A stretch of DNA of 36,365 bases from Methanobacteriota archaeon (GCA_012719315.1 JAAYAP010000043.1:1-36365); one strand, 5' to 3'. Shown: positions 1-9,203, numbered from the stretch's first letter. Notes: generated from the letters alone by a model not told the origin. Numbers and translations: made by a program.

Positions 1-1
1 C

Positions 2-535
2 GGAGTCATCCGGGAGATCGGCAGGGTGCTGGACGGCAGGCCGCTGGACGCGGTCATCCTCACGCATTGCCATGCCGATCATGCCGGCGGGCTCGAGGAC
101 ATAGTCGCCGAGTTCTCCTGCAGAGCCTATGCGGGCGGGGATGCGGATTTCATCCGGAGGGGGGATGCGGTGATGCTCGGCGAGGAGGTGATCGGCCGGA
201 GGCTGCCGCCCATGGAGGTGGACGAGTTGCGCGACGGCGAGATCATCGATCTCGGCGAGCATCGGCTGCGGGTGATCGACACCCCCGGGCACACGAGCGG
301 GAGCATATCCCTGTATGACGAGGTGACGAAGTCCCTCTTCTCGGGAGACACGTTGTTCCAGATGGGTGTGGGCCGCACGGATTTCCCCACCGGTTCCTAT
401 GAGGAGTTGGCGGGATCGCTGATCAAGCTCAGCAATATAGAAATAAAGTCACTGTATCCTGGACATGGTAACATCTCGGAACACGGTGATCGAATGGTAA
501 GGTACGGGTTGGATATGATGGGGGTGCGCAGATGA
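2..535 (+). CDS. MBL-fold metallo-hydrolase (5' end cut by window edge)
   Basis: The frame is open from base 2, and the track start at 26 is an internal GTG. HxHxDH motif 'THCHADHAGG', then 'DTPGHTSGS' and 'PGHG'. Stop TGA 533-535 overlaps the next ATG (ATGA). Confidence 0.85.
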   Translation, partial: GVIREIGRVLDGRPLDAVILTHCHADHAGGLEDIVAEFSCRAYAGGDADFIRRGDAVMLGEEVIGRRLPPMEVDELRDGEIIDLGEHRLRVIDTPGHTSGSISLYDEVTKSLFSGDTLFQMGVGRTDFPTGSYEELAGSLIKLSNIEIKSLYPGHGNISEHGDRMVRYGLDMMGVRR

Positions 536-1170
536 GGATAGTTAGGTGCGACAGTTCGAACGGCATGAACGCCCATTGCGTCGATGCGGTGTTGAACGCC
601 GCCGAGGACATAAGCGAGGGCAAGCTGATCGTGTACCCCACGGACACGGTCTACGGCATCGGAGCGGACATATACAACCAGGTCGCGGTCAAGAACCTCT
701 TCATCACCAAGAACCGGCCGTTCGACATGGCCCTCTCGGTGGCGGCATGCGATATGGCGATGATCGAGAAGCTGGCGCATGTGGACGATAACGCGGAGAA
801 GCTGATCAAGGCCTTCCTCCCCGGGCCGCTGACGCTCATCATGCCCAAGCAGCCGGATGTGCCCGATCTCCTCACGGCGATGTCCCAGAAGGTCGGTATC
901 CGCATACCGGACCACCCCATCGCTCTGGAGATCGTCAAGAAAGCCGGACCCATCGTCGCGACATCGGCCAACCTGCATTCCAAACCCGATGCGACCACCG
1001 TCGCAGAAGCCATGGAGGATTTCGGCGACAGCATCAGCACGTACATAGACGCGGGCAGATCCGCTTCGGGCAAGCCGTCCACGATCGTGTGGTTCGACAA
1101 CGGCGAGATCGAGATCGTGCGCCAGGGGCAGATAACGATCGATCAGATCGAGGAAGTCCTGAGATGTTGA
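532..1170 (+). CDS. tsaC: L-threonylcarbamoyladenylate synthase, short YrdC/TsaC-type (t6A pathway)
   Basis: 212 aa with YrdC-domain signatures 'YPTDTVYGIGAD', 'ATSANLHSKP' and 'PSTIV'. There is no Sua5-type C-terminal domain. ATG 532 overlaps the upstream stop. Confidence 0.8.
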   Translation: MRIVRCDSSNGMNAHCVDAVLNAAEDISEGKLIVYPTDTVYGIGADIYNQVAVKNLFITKNRPFDMALSVAACDMAMIEKLAHVDDNAEKLIKAFLPGPLTLIMPKQPDVPDLLTAMSQKVGIRIPDHPIALEIVKKAGPIVATSANLHSKPDATTVAEAMEDFGDSISTYIDAGRSASGKPSTIVWFDNGEIEIVRQGQITIDQIEEVLRC

Positions 1171-2054
1171 CCCCGGACCAACTGGAGAAGCTGCGCAGAG
1201 CCGGCAAGACCGCCGCGGCCGCCAGGGACCTGGGTCTCGGCATGGTCGACGAGGGCGTCAGGCTCTGCGATGTGGCCGACGAGGTCGAAGGGTACATAAG
1301 GAGGCATGGCTGCGGTCTGGCATTCCCCTGCAACATCAGCCGCAACGAGGTCGCCGCGCACTTCACCCCGACGACGGACGATGCGGCGGTGTTCGCGAAC
1401 GGGGACGTGGTCAAGGTCGATTGCGGCGCCGAGCTCGACGGCTATGTCGGGGACACCGCAGGCACGGTCGAGATCGGCACCCGGGCCCACACGGGGCTGA
1501 TCGAAGCCTCCAAGGATGCCAGGGACAGCGTCGCCGAGTTCATCGGCGAGGGCACGCCGCTCACCGAGATCGGGCGGCTGGTCGAAACAGTCCTCAGACA
1601 GGCCGGGTTCAGACCGGTCGAGAACCTCTGCGGGCATCAGATCGAACCGTACAACCTGCACGCGGGCCTCTCGGTGCCCAGCTATGCGAACGGGGATCAC
1701 ACCGTCCTCAGGGCGGGCATGGTGGTCGCCGTCGAGCCCTTCGCCACCGACGGCGGGGGAGCGGTCGTCAACGGCCCGGCCGGCAACATCGTGAGGATGG
1801 TCCGGGAACGCAGGATCGAGGATCCGCGCACGGCGGAGTTCCTCGAATACGTCAAAGCGGAGTTCAAGACGTTCCCCTTCTGCGCCAGGAGCTGCGATTT
1901 CCCGGATGCCGAGAAGCACGTCAAGGCCCTGGTGCGCAGAGGCGTGCTTTCGAGCTATGCGCAGCTGGTGGAGGTCAAAGGGGGCATCGTCTCTCAGCAC
2001 GAGCACACGTTCTACATCGCGGGACCGAGGGCGGAGGTCACCACTTTACCGTAA
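1164..2054 (+). CDS. map: Methionine aminopeptidase, type 2
   Basis: The real start is the internal ATG 1164 (MLTPDQLEKLRRAG...), which overlaps the tsaC stop by 7 nt. Motifs 'AFPCNISRNEVAAHFTP', 'GHQIEPYNLHAG' and 'SQHEHTF'. The Arg-rich stretch upstream in the track ORF (from 1089) is not coding. Confidence 0.9.
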   Translation: MLTPDQLEKLRRAGKTAAAARDLGLGMVDEGVRLCDVADEVEGYIRRHGCGLAFPCNISRNEVAAHFTPTTDDAAVFANGDVVKVDCGAELDGYVGDTAGTVEIGTRAHTGLIEASKDARDSVAEFIGEGTPLTEIGRLVETVLRQAGFRPVENLCGHQIEPYNLHAGLSVPSYANGDHTVLRAGMVVAVEPFATDGGGAVVNGPAGNIVRMVRERRIEDPRTAEFLEYVKAEFKTFPFCARSCDFPDAEKHVKALVRRGVLSSYAQLVEVKGGIVSQHEHTFYIAGPRAEVTTLP

Positions 2055-2057
2055 AGG

Positions 2058-2065
2058 TTTATCTA
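2058..2065 (+). promoter_or_regulatory. TATA-like box for tRNA-Leu
   Basis: TTTATCTA centred about 31 nt upstream of the tRNA 5' end, in an otherwise GC-rich context. Confidence 0.4.
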
Positions 2066-2092
2066 TCATCCATGATTACAACCTCCGACAAT

Positions 2093-2177
2093 GCCGATGT
2101 TGCCAAGCCTGGTCAAAGGCGATGGACTCAAGATCCATTCTCGTAGGAGTTCACCGGTTCGAATCCGGTCGTCGCCA
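2093..2177 (+). tRNA. tRNA-Leu (anticodon CAA)
   Basis: Hand-folded cloverleaf. Acceptor GCCGATG/CGTCGCC, D-arm GCC-AAGCCTGGTCAAA-GGC. Anticodon stem ATGGA/TCCAT with loop CTCAAGA, anticodon CAA at 2129-2131. Long variable arm TCTCGTAGGAGTTC, T-arm ACCGG-TTCGAAT-CCGGT, discriminator A. CCA is not encoded. Confidence 0.85.
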
Positions 2178-2246
2178 CGACCCTCCTTCTTTAATGTGCG
2201 CATGCCCGCGCCCGCCCGTGCGTCGCACGCGGGCTCATCCCTAATC

Positions 2247-2254
2247 TTTATAAA
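2247..2254 (+). promoter_or_regulatory. TATA-like box for the S13-S4-S11-rpoD operon
   Basis: TTTATAAA about 135 nt upstream of the S13 ATG, which implies a long leader. Confidence 0.4.
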
Positions 2255-2384
2255 CGGTAAGCACATCAGCGACCGTGCGTAAACTCAGGACCCGTCGCAT
2301 AGACGAACACTGAGAGCACATACCCGTGAGGTCTGTGCTTGGCTACATCCCTTCCGAGGGAGCATTTACGGAGGATTGAGCATA

Positions 2385-2861
2385 ATGGTGAAACAACCGA
2401 AGAAAGAAGCTTCCGCAGTCGAAGATGAGGATTTCAACTTCATCGTGCGCATTGCGAACAGCAACATAGATGGCCAGAAGAGGGTTCCGATCGGCCTCCA
2501 GAGCATCAAAGGCGTGGGCAACCGGGCCTCGAACATCATCGTCAAGAAGGCCGGCCTCGACAACTCGGTGAGGATAGGCACCCTCTCCGACGAGAAGGTC
2601 AAGGAGCTCGAGCAGCTCGTGATGACCTACGTCGAGTACGTTCCCAACTGGGTGATCAACAGGCAGATGGACTACGAGTCCGGTGCCGACATGCACCTGA
2701 TCGGCAACGACCTCAACATCATCCAGGAAGACGACGTCAACAGGATGAAGATGATCCGCTGCTACCGCGGCATCAGGCACGAGACCAACCGCAAGGTGAG
2801 AGGCCAGAGAACCCGTTCCAACGGCAGGAAGGGCCTCACCATGGGCGTGAAGAGGAAATAA
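2385..2861 (+). CDS. rps13: 30S ribosomal protein S13 (uS13)
   Basis: 'FNFIVRIANSNIDGQKRVPIGLQSIKGVGNRASNII' and C-terminal 'YRGIRHETNRKVRGQRTRSNGRKG'. ATG 2385 follows GGAGG (2370-2374). The track start at 2376 is a TTG and less likely. Confidence 0.93.
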   Translation: MVKQPKKEASAVEDEDFNFIVRIANSNIDGQKRVPIGLQSIKGVGNRASNIIVKKAGLDNSVRIGTLSDEKVKELEQLVMTYVEYVPNWVINRQMDYESGADMHLIGNDLNIIQEDDVNRMKMIRCYRGIRHETNRKVRGQRTRSNGRKGLTMGVKRK

Positions 2862-2877
2862 TCCAGAGGTGTTATGA

Positions 2878-3528
2878 ATGGGAGATCCTAAATTTTCACG
2901 CAAGACATACGATACGCCCTCTCACCCCTGGCAGGGGGAGAGGATAAAGGCCGAGGTCGAGGTCGTCCGCGAATTCGGACTGAAGAACAAGACCGAGGTC
3001 TGGAAAGCAGAGACGATGCTGAGGAACCTCAGGAAGCAGTCCAGGGAGCTGCAGGCCCGCCTCAGGGCAGGGGATGCGCAGGCCAAGGTCGAGAGCGAGG
3101 CGTTGCTGAACAAATGCGCTCGCATCGGCATCCTGCCGGTGACGGGCGGAACACTCAACGACATCCTGGTCCTCACGGATTCGGACATCCTCTCGCGCCG
3201 TCTGCAGACCGTCGTCTACGAGAAGGGACTGTCGTCCACGATCAGGCAGGCGAGGCAGATGATCACGCACGGCCACATCTTCATCAACGGCCACAGGGTC
3301 ACCGTGCCCGGCTACATCGTCAGGAGAGAGGAGGAGGCGTCCGTGGAACTCAACGCGGCGTCGCCTTTCACCGATGAGATGCACCCGATGCGGATGTCGC
3401 CCGATGCGAAAGCCCTGCTCATGGAGAAGAAAGAGGAGGCTCACCGCAGGACCGAGGCCGCACAGGCGGCGGAGTCCAAAGCGGATGCCGAGGAAGCAGG
3501 CATAACTGCAGAGGACGGTGATCTCTGA
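2878..3528 (+). CDS. rps4: 30S ribosomal protein S4 (uS4), with C-terminal acidic/Ala-rich extension
   Basis: '[23 protein letters not shown]', and an S4 RNA-binding domain '[42 protein letters not shown]'. GAGGTG lies 6 nt upstream of the ATG. Confidence 0.93.
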   Translation: MGDPKFSRKTYDTPSHPWQGERIKAEVEVVREFGLKNKTEVWKAETMLRNLRKQSRELQARLRAGDAQAKVESEALLNKCARIGILPVTGGTLNDILVLTDSDILSRRLQTVVYEKGLSSTIRQARQMITHGHIFINGHRVTVPGYIVRREEEASVELNAASPFTDEMHPMRMSPDAKALLMEKKEEAHRRTEAAQAAESKADAEEAGITAEDGDL

Positions 3529-3920
3529 TGGCGACAGCACAGAAATGGGGAATAGCGAACATATACGCCAGCTACAACAACATCATGATCACGTTGACCG
3601 ACGTCACCGGCGCCGAGACGCTCGCGAAAGTCACCGGAGGGATGGTCGTCAAGCAGGCGAAGGACGAATCGTCTCCATATGCGGCGCAGAGGGCGGCCGA
3701 GAAGATCGCCGAGGTCGCGGCCGAGAAGGACATCATGGGCGTACACGTCAAGGTGCGTGCCCCCGGAGGCAACAAATCGACCTCCCCCGGGCCCGGTGCC
3801 CAGGCGGCCATCCGCGCTCTCGCGAGGGCGGGCCTCAAGATCGGACGCATCGAGGACGTAACACCTATTCCGCACGACGGAACCAAGAAGAAGGGCGGGC
3901 GCAGGGGACGCAGGGTCTGA
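3528..3920 (+). CDS. rps11: 30S ribosomal protein S11 (uS11)
   Basis: '[36 protein letters not shown]' and '[31 protein letters not shown]'. The ATG shares 1 nt with the S4 TGA. Confidence 0.95.
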   Translation: MATAQKWGIANIYASYNNIMITLTDVTGAETLAKVTGGMVVKQAKDESSPYAAQRAAEKIAEVAAEKDIMGVHVKVRAPGGNKSTSPGPGAQAAIRALARAGLKIGRIEDVTPIPHDGTKKKGGRRGRRV

Positions 3921-3932
3921 GGAGGTATTTCA

Positions 3933-4763
3933 ATGGATATTGAAATACTCGAAATGGCGGAACGCAAAGGGAGCTTCATCCTGAAGGATTCCACGCCCGC
4001 CATGGCGAACGCGCTCAGGAGGACCATGCTGTCCGACATACCCAAGATGGCCATCGACAAGGTCGAGTTCCATCTCGGGCCCATCATGGTCGACGGCAAG
4101 GAGTATGAGAGCGTCACGCCCCTGTTCGACGAGATCATCGCTCACAGGCTCGGGATGGTCCCGGTGCCGACCGACTACGAGTTGTTCTCCCCCCAGTCCG
4201 AATGCGTATGCGAAGGCGAAGGCTGTCCCAACTGCACGATAATGTACAGTCTGAACAAGATCGGCCCCTGCACGGTGCTGTCCGGCGACATGATCCCGCT
4301 CGGGAACTCCGATCTCAAGGTCAAGGACGAGGACATACCGATTGTGGAGCTCACCGACGGGCAGGCCGTGCTCATATACGCCACGGCGGTCATCGGCAGG
4401 TCCAGGGACCATGTCAAATGGCAGGCCGCGTTCGGCGTGGGGTACAAGTACCTGCCGAAGGTCGGGATCGATCCCGACGCGGCGGACGACCCGGAGCTCC
4501 TCGAGGTCATCGACGTCTGCCCTCGGAAGGTGTTCGAGGATAAGGACGGCAGGTTGACCGTGGTCAACGCCAACGCCTGCTCGCTGTGTCGGGCCTGCGA
4601 GAGGATCTCGCGCGGCGCCGTCACCGTCGAGGGCGACGACAGGAACTTCCTGTTCACCTACGACACCGACGGCTCGCTCACGGCCAGGCAGGTCCTGGAT
4701 GTGGCGGCGGGCATCATCGCCGAAGAGGCGGGCGGCCTGGCGGAGCAGATCGAAGCGTTATGA
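3933..4763 (+). CDS. rpoD: DNA-directed RNA polymerase subunit D (Rpo3)
   Basis: 'ANALRRTMLSDIPKMAIDKVEF', and a Cys-rich Fe-S-like domain 'CPRKVF...ACSLCRACE'. Canonical position after S13-S4-S11. GGAGGT lies upstream of the ATG. Confidence 0.9.
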   Translation: MDIEILEMAERKGSFILKDSTPAMANALRRTMLSDIPKMAIDKVEFHLGPIMVDGKEYESVTPLFDEIIAHRLGMVPVPTDYELFSPQSECVCEGEGCPNCTIMYSLNKIGPCTVLSGDMIPLGNSDLKVKDEDIPIVELTDGQAVLIYATAVIGRSRDHVKWQAAFGVGYKYLPKVGIDPDAADDPELLEVIDVCPRKVFEDKDGRLTVVNANACSLCRACERISRGAVTVEGDDRNFLFTYDTDGSLTARQVLDVAAGIIAEEAGGLAEQIEAL

Positions 4764-4771
4764 AACATCTT

Positions 4772-4793
4772 CCCGGGCCCGTGAGGGTCCGGG
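4772..4793. terminator. Hairpin between convergent rpoD and polC
   Basis: CCCGGGCCC-GTGA-GGGTCCGGG: 9-bp stem with one G:T pair and a 4-nt loop, in the 51-nt convergent spacer. Confidence 0.5.
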
Positions 4794-4814
4794 CATCATA
4801 TCACTCTCATCGGT

Positions 4815-7800
4815 TCAGTAGAAATCCGAGAGCTTGCATTTCTTCACTTTATCGTTGTTGAACAGGGAGTCCATGTTCATCTCGAGCATGTCGATGCGGT
4901 CCCTGGTGTACTCGTCGAGGCCGTACCTCTCGCTGATCTCCTTGGAGACCTCCAGGTACTTCCTGACGCTCGCCTCGTGGACGGTCAGGGTCAGGGTGTG
5001 CCCGCAGTTGGTGCACAGCCCCTTCAAAGGTATCCTCCGGTACTTCTCTCCGCACTTGGTGCATCTGACCGTCTGGGCGGCGAATCTCCGCATGTTCCCG
5101 ATCATGTCGGGCATGAAGTGCTTGTTGATCACCTTGGTGGCGACATCCTTCTCGTCGACTGCGCGCAGCTTCTTGCCGAGCTCGAGCTGGGCGTCCATCT
5201 TGTCCATCATCGTGACCAACGTGGTGTACGCGGAGTACTTGGGTCCTTCCGCGATATCCTTGGTGTCGTGGGTGAATCCCAGTCCCTCGTACTGCCCGGG
5301 CGTGCCGATGCGGCCCGCGACCAGGTCCATGATCTTGTCGATCTCCTTGGGATCGCGCATCTCCATCGCCGCCCGGTAGAACTCCAGCGGGTACCGTCTG
5401 AGGCAATCGACGTTGTGCGCCTCCTTGTCGATCTCGTTCGGATCGAGCCTGGTGGTCAGGACCAGGGGCGCATCCATGAGGCCGCCGCGCCGGTTGGGCA
5501 GGAAGGACCTCGAGAAGTTCAACAGGCCGTCCATGGCGAGGATGATGCAATCCTCGTCCCCGTCGCAGTTCCTCCGTTTGGCCGCGTGGAAGAACGGGTG
5601 CCCGTAGCATCCGCGCACATCGGAATAGCCGATGATGCGGCACAGGATGCAACCGGAGGTGTGGGGGGCGAGGGCGTAGGCGAGATGGCCGATGAGCTCG
5701 CCGCGGTGGTCCACGGCGTAGAACCGCTCCATGTCGTACAGCTTCTCGAGCTCGTCATCGACGAACCGGGCGACCTTGACCATGTAGTCGCCGCAATCCT
5801 GCGAGGGGACGATGTCCTGGACCTTGAGTTCGACGATCTGCTCCGGGTCGACGAGCGGCTCCCCGTTCCAGTCGTGCGTGTAGCCCAGTTCGCGGGCTCT
5901 GTCGACGGAGAGCCCGATCTCCCTCGGTTTGAAATGGGTGAGGGGGATATCGGTCATATCGAAGCGGATCGTGCCTTCGCGGAACACGGAGACCTCGTTC
6001 TTCGATCTGAGTATCCCCTTCTCCAGGGCTTCGGGGACCTTGTTCCTCGAAGTCAGCTTGTCCATGCATTTGACGTCGACCGACCGTTCCCCGATATTAT
6101 CCAATGCGTCCGCGAACTCTTTCTCGATGTTCAGCTTCGTCAACGGCTGGTTGCCGAACGAAGCCTGACGGCCGGTCTCGACGAGGACGGTGTGGCGGCG
6201 GCAGTCCCGGCACCAGGTGCGGAAGGTGAACTCCCCGCACTCCGGGCATCTGCGGCGGTTGATCTCGACATCCACGCCGAGCTCGTTGCCGCTCTTGAGG
6301 CTGGAGCTGCCGATCCGAGCGGTCTTCACGGCCGATTCCACGTCCTTCCTCGGCTGCGTGTTCATCCCCACCGGGAACACGGTGTGCAGCTTGGGGGTGA
6401 GCTCGCGCTCCTTGGCCTTCTCGGGCCGGCCCATGCGGGCCCCGATGCGCGTCATGGTCCTGGCGCGGACCTCGTAGCCTGCGGCCAGGCTCACCGCCTC
6501 CAGCGTATCGCCGCCGTTCAATTCCGCGACCTTCTCGAAACCGTCTCCCGCGACTGCGAGACCGAGGCAGTCGGTCATCGCCTCCGAGTAGACCTCGTCG
6601 ACGATCGCCCTGCCGTCGCGGAACCTGTGCGTCGCGCACAGGTCCTCCAGGATCCTCTTGACCGCGGGAGGGGCGGCGAAGGAGAGGTTTCCACCCTCCT
6701 TCCTGCCCGATCCCAGGACCGCATCCCTGAGCTCGATCAGCGATCCGACCGTGATGTCCGACCACATGAGGTTGAATCCCGGGTGCAGAGGGACGCCCGA
6801 CTCCTTCGACATCTCCTTGGCGCGCGCGTAGGTCGGGTCCTCCCAATCGTCGGGCAGCCCGCCTTTGGCCAGCAGCTCCTCCCGGTGCCATTCGATGACG
6901 TATCCGCAGGGCACCAGCAGGTGGTTGTTCTCGCAGAACTCCCCGAAGGGGATCAGGATCTCGCCGTTGTCGACGATCTCCACGATACGGTCCTTGACCG
7001 CGGCCACGGCCTCTGGGTCCCGGCAATAGACGAGATCGCCGTTGTCTAGCAGCACATGCGGTCCCTCCAGCATGTCGCAGGGGGTGACGACGCAGCCTTT
7101 GCCCGGCCGCTCGGTCTTCAACTGCGTCCCGAGCGCCATGAACTCGTCCATCACGTACATCGTCGCCGGGCTGTAGGCGAGAGCGGCCAATCCGGTCGTC
7201 CTCGCCCGCCCGTATCTGAGTCTGAATCCTCCTTTGACGCACGGGTGCCCGAAGATCGGACGTCCGGCCACCAGGTCCTTGAGGTAGTCGAAGGACGGCT
7301 CCACGGTCTTCGTGTCGTCTCCGCTGTCCGCTTCCGCGCCGCTGTGGGCTTCGAGGTACTCCCCGATGAAATCCCATCCTTCGATGTTGAGACGGTCCAC
7401 GTGCCTCTTCAGCTTGGATGCCTTGAGGCACATGCCCTCGGAGATGACGAGGCAGGCCCCGCCCCTGACCTTGTTGGTGTCGATGCGCGGGAGATCCCTG
7501 AATCCGGAGATCTCCACCTGCTCGGTGCCTTCGCCGTCGATGCAGATCGGGCAGTTGCTGACGATCAGGGCGATCTCCGCCGGAGTGGGTGTGAACTGCA
7601 GATGCTGGATCTGCTTGTAGAGGGGGATCTCCTCGTTGAATCTGGCGATCTCCTGCGGGGTCGGGATGTACTTGCCGATCCCGAGCGCTTGCCTCACCAT
7701 GTCGGCGATGAGGACGCTCATGGCCTGCGCCGTGCCCCCCGCGGCACGGATCGGGCCTGCGAAGACGAGATCGATGTAGTTGGAGCCGTCGGCGTTGCTC

Positions 7801-8198
7801 TTGATCCTGGTGTCGGCGATGCCTTCGAGCGGAGCCACCAGGATGCCCTCGGTGAGCACGGCGAGTCCGACCCTGACCGCCCGGTCCACGGCCATCTCGA
7901 GGCTCTCGGCGGGCCGTCCGGCCACCTCCTTGGCGATCATCAGGGCGACGACCTCGCGGTTGCCGTACTCGGCGGTCAGCCTCCTGATGTCGTCGGCGAC
8001 GCCTTCGACCCGGTAATCGATCAGCAGCTTCTCCACCCTGGACGCGAGGTCCTCGGCCTGGGGGATCTCTATGAACGGCTCCGGATCGAAACCCTTGCCC
8101 CTGGCGATCTCGGCGATCCTGTAGCATCCGTCGTTGGCTTCAGAGAGTCTGGCGAAGTATTCGGCCATCCCTTCGCTGGCGGCGATACGCGAGGACAT
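4815..8198 (-). CDS. polC: DNA polymerase II (PolD) large subunit DP2
   Basis: 1127 aa. N-terminus 'AEYFARLSEANDGCYRIAEIARGKGFDPEPFIEIPQAEDLASRVEKLL'. Zinc-finger Cys pairs 'CPECGEFTFRTWCRDC' and 'CTKCGEKYRRIPLKGLCTNCGH'. No intein-sized insertion. Confidence 0.92.
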   Translation of the reverse strand: MSSRIAASEGMAEYFARLSEANDGCYRIAEIARGKGFDPEPFIEIPQAEDLASRVEKLLIDYRVEGVADDIRRLTAEYGNREVVALMIAKEVAGRPAESLEMAVDRAVRVGLAVLTEGILVAPLEGIADTRIKSNADGSNYIDLVFAGPIRAAGGTAQAMSVLIADMVRQALGIGKYIPTPQEIARFNEEIPLYKQIQHLQFTPTPAEIALIVSNCPICIDGEGTEQVEISGFRDLPRIDTNKVRGGACLVISEGMCLKASKLKRHVDRLNIEGWDFIGEYLEAHSGAEADSGDDTKTVEPSFDYLKDLVAGRPIFGHPCVKGGFRLRYGRARTTGLAALAYSPATMYVMDEFMALGTQLKTERPGKGCVVTPCDMLEGPHVLLDNGDLVYCRDPEAVAAVKDRIVEIVDNGEILIPFGEFCENNHLLVPCGYVIEWHREELLAKGGLPDDWEDPTYARAKEMSKESGVPLHPGFNLMWSDITVGSLIELRDAVLGSGRKEGGNLSFAAPPAVKRILEDLCATHRFRDGRAIVDEVYSEAMTDCLGLAVAGDGFEKVAELNGGDTLEAVSLAAGYEVRARTMTRIGARMGRPEKAKERELTPKLHTVFPVGMNTQPRKDVESAVKTARIGSSSLKSGNELGVDVEINRRRCPECGEFTFRTWCRDCRRHTVLVETGRQASFGNQPLTKLNIEKEFADALDNIGERSVDVKCMDKLTSRNKVPEALEKGILRSKNEVSVFREGTIRFDMTDIPLTHFKPREIGLSVDRARELGYTHDWNGEPLVDPEQIVELKVQDIVPSQDCGDYMVKVARFVDDELEKLYDMERFYAVDHRGELIGHLAYALAPHTSGCILCRIIGYSDVRGCYGHPFFHAAKRRNCDGDEDCIILAMDGLLNFSRSFLPNRRGGLMDAPLVLTTRLDPNEIDKEAHNVDCLRRYPLEFYRAAMEMRDPKEIDKIMDLVAGRIGTPGQYEGLGFTHDTKDIAEGPKYSAYTTLVTMMDKMDAQLELGKKLRAVDEKDVATKVINKHFMPDMIGNMRRFAAQTVRCTKCGEKYRRIPLKGLCTNCGHTLTLTVHEASVRKYLEVSKEISERYGLDEYTRDRIDMLEMNMDSLFNNDKVKKCKLSDFY

Positions 8199-8207
8199 GC
8201 GCTCCCC

Positions 8208-9203
8208 TCAGAACTCCGCCTCGACGGACCTGTTGCGATGCAGTTCCCTGAGCATCCCGATCAGCAACCCGCCGAGCTCTTCCATGCCTTCCCCGGTCTG
8301 CGCCGAGAACCGCATGTTGCCGCTCTCGGTCTGCATGAGGTCGGACTTGCTCTCGGCCACGACGATCGGCACGTCCGCGAATCCCGCCTGCACGGACGCC
8401 AGCAGCGCCTCCTGCTTCTCGAGCGAGTATCCGCAGGATTCCGAGGGGTCGATGATGAACAGCATGACGTCCGTGAGGTAACGCAGCGCCAGCACGGCCT
8501 GCTTCTCGATGTCGTTCCTGTCTTCGAAGCTGCGGTCCAGCAATCCGGGCGTGTCGATGATCTGGTACTTCCTCCAGTCATCCTCGATATGGCCGACGAT
8601 GATGCCCTTGGTGGTGAACGGGTACGGCGCGATCTGCGGCGCGGCCGTGCTCAGCTCGGTCACCAGCCTGCTTTTGCCGACGTTCGGGAAGCCGGCGACC
8701 ACCAGCGTCGGCACGTCGGGGTCGATCGCGGGCAGCTCCCTGAAACGGTTCTTGGCCTCCTGGAGGAACAGCAGGTCCTTGGAGATCTGGTTGATATGCG
8801 AGGACAGGCGTCCGTAGAAACCGTTCCTGATGAAATCCAGGTTCTTCGGGTCCTTGGTGCGCCGCGTCTCCCTCAGCGCCTCGTTCTTGAGCTTCTCGAC
8901 CCGGTTCGACACCCAGTTGACCGCACCCAGCGATTTCTTGTACTGGTCGATGCCGACGATGAGATCCATCAGCTCCGGCAGGAAGTCCTCGGTCTTCTCC
9001 ATGCGCGGGAACCTGTCGATGTACCCGTCGAGCGTGGACACGACGATATCCCCGGCGGCGGTTATCTTCGCCAGGGACGTCTTCTTCTTGGCATCCAATG
9101 CGTTCGTCCCCGTCTTGGAGATCTTGGATGCCCTGCGGAATGTCTTATCTATGAGTTCCTCGGCGGTCAGCACCGTAGGTATGTTGTAGTTCATCCCGGC
9201 CAT
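8208..9203 (-). CDS. NOG1-family GTPase
   Basis: N-terminal helical NOG1 domain followed by a G-domain: 'AGFPNVGKS', 'DTPGLLDR', 'SKSD'. The stop is 9 nt upstream of the polC ATG, so they are probably one operon. Confidence 0.85.
   Translation of the reverse strand: MAGMNYNIPTVLTAEELIDKTFRRASKISKTGTNALDAKKKTSLAKITAAGDIVVSTLDGYIDRFPRMEKTEDFLPELMDLIVGIDQYKKSLGAVNWVSNRVEKLKNEALRETRRTKDPKNLDFIRNGFYGRLSSHINQISKDLLFLQEAKNRFRELPAIDPDVPTLVVAGFPNVGKSRLVTELSTAAPQIAPYPFTTKGIIVGHIEDDWRKYQIIDTPGLLDRSFEDRNDIEKQAVLALRYLTDVMLFIIDPSESCGYSLEKQEALLASVQAGFADVPIVVAESKSDLMQTESGNMRFSAQTGEGMEELGGLLIGMLRELHRNRSVEAEF

Noticed and set aside
2055-2384. Possible integrated element or integrase next to tRNA-Leu, and likewise next to tRNA-His at 33682-33759, since tRNAs are common integration sites.
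   Set aside because: Housekeeping genes flank both tRNAs directly. There is no integrase, no direct repeat of a tRNA 3' end, and no compositional shift.
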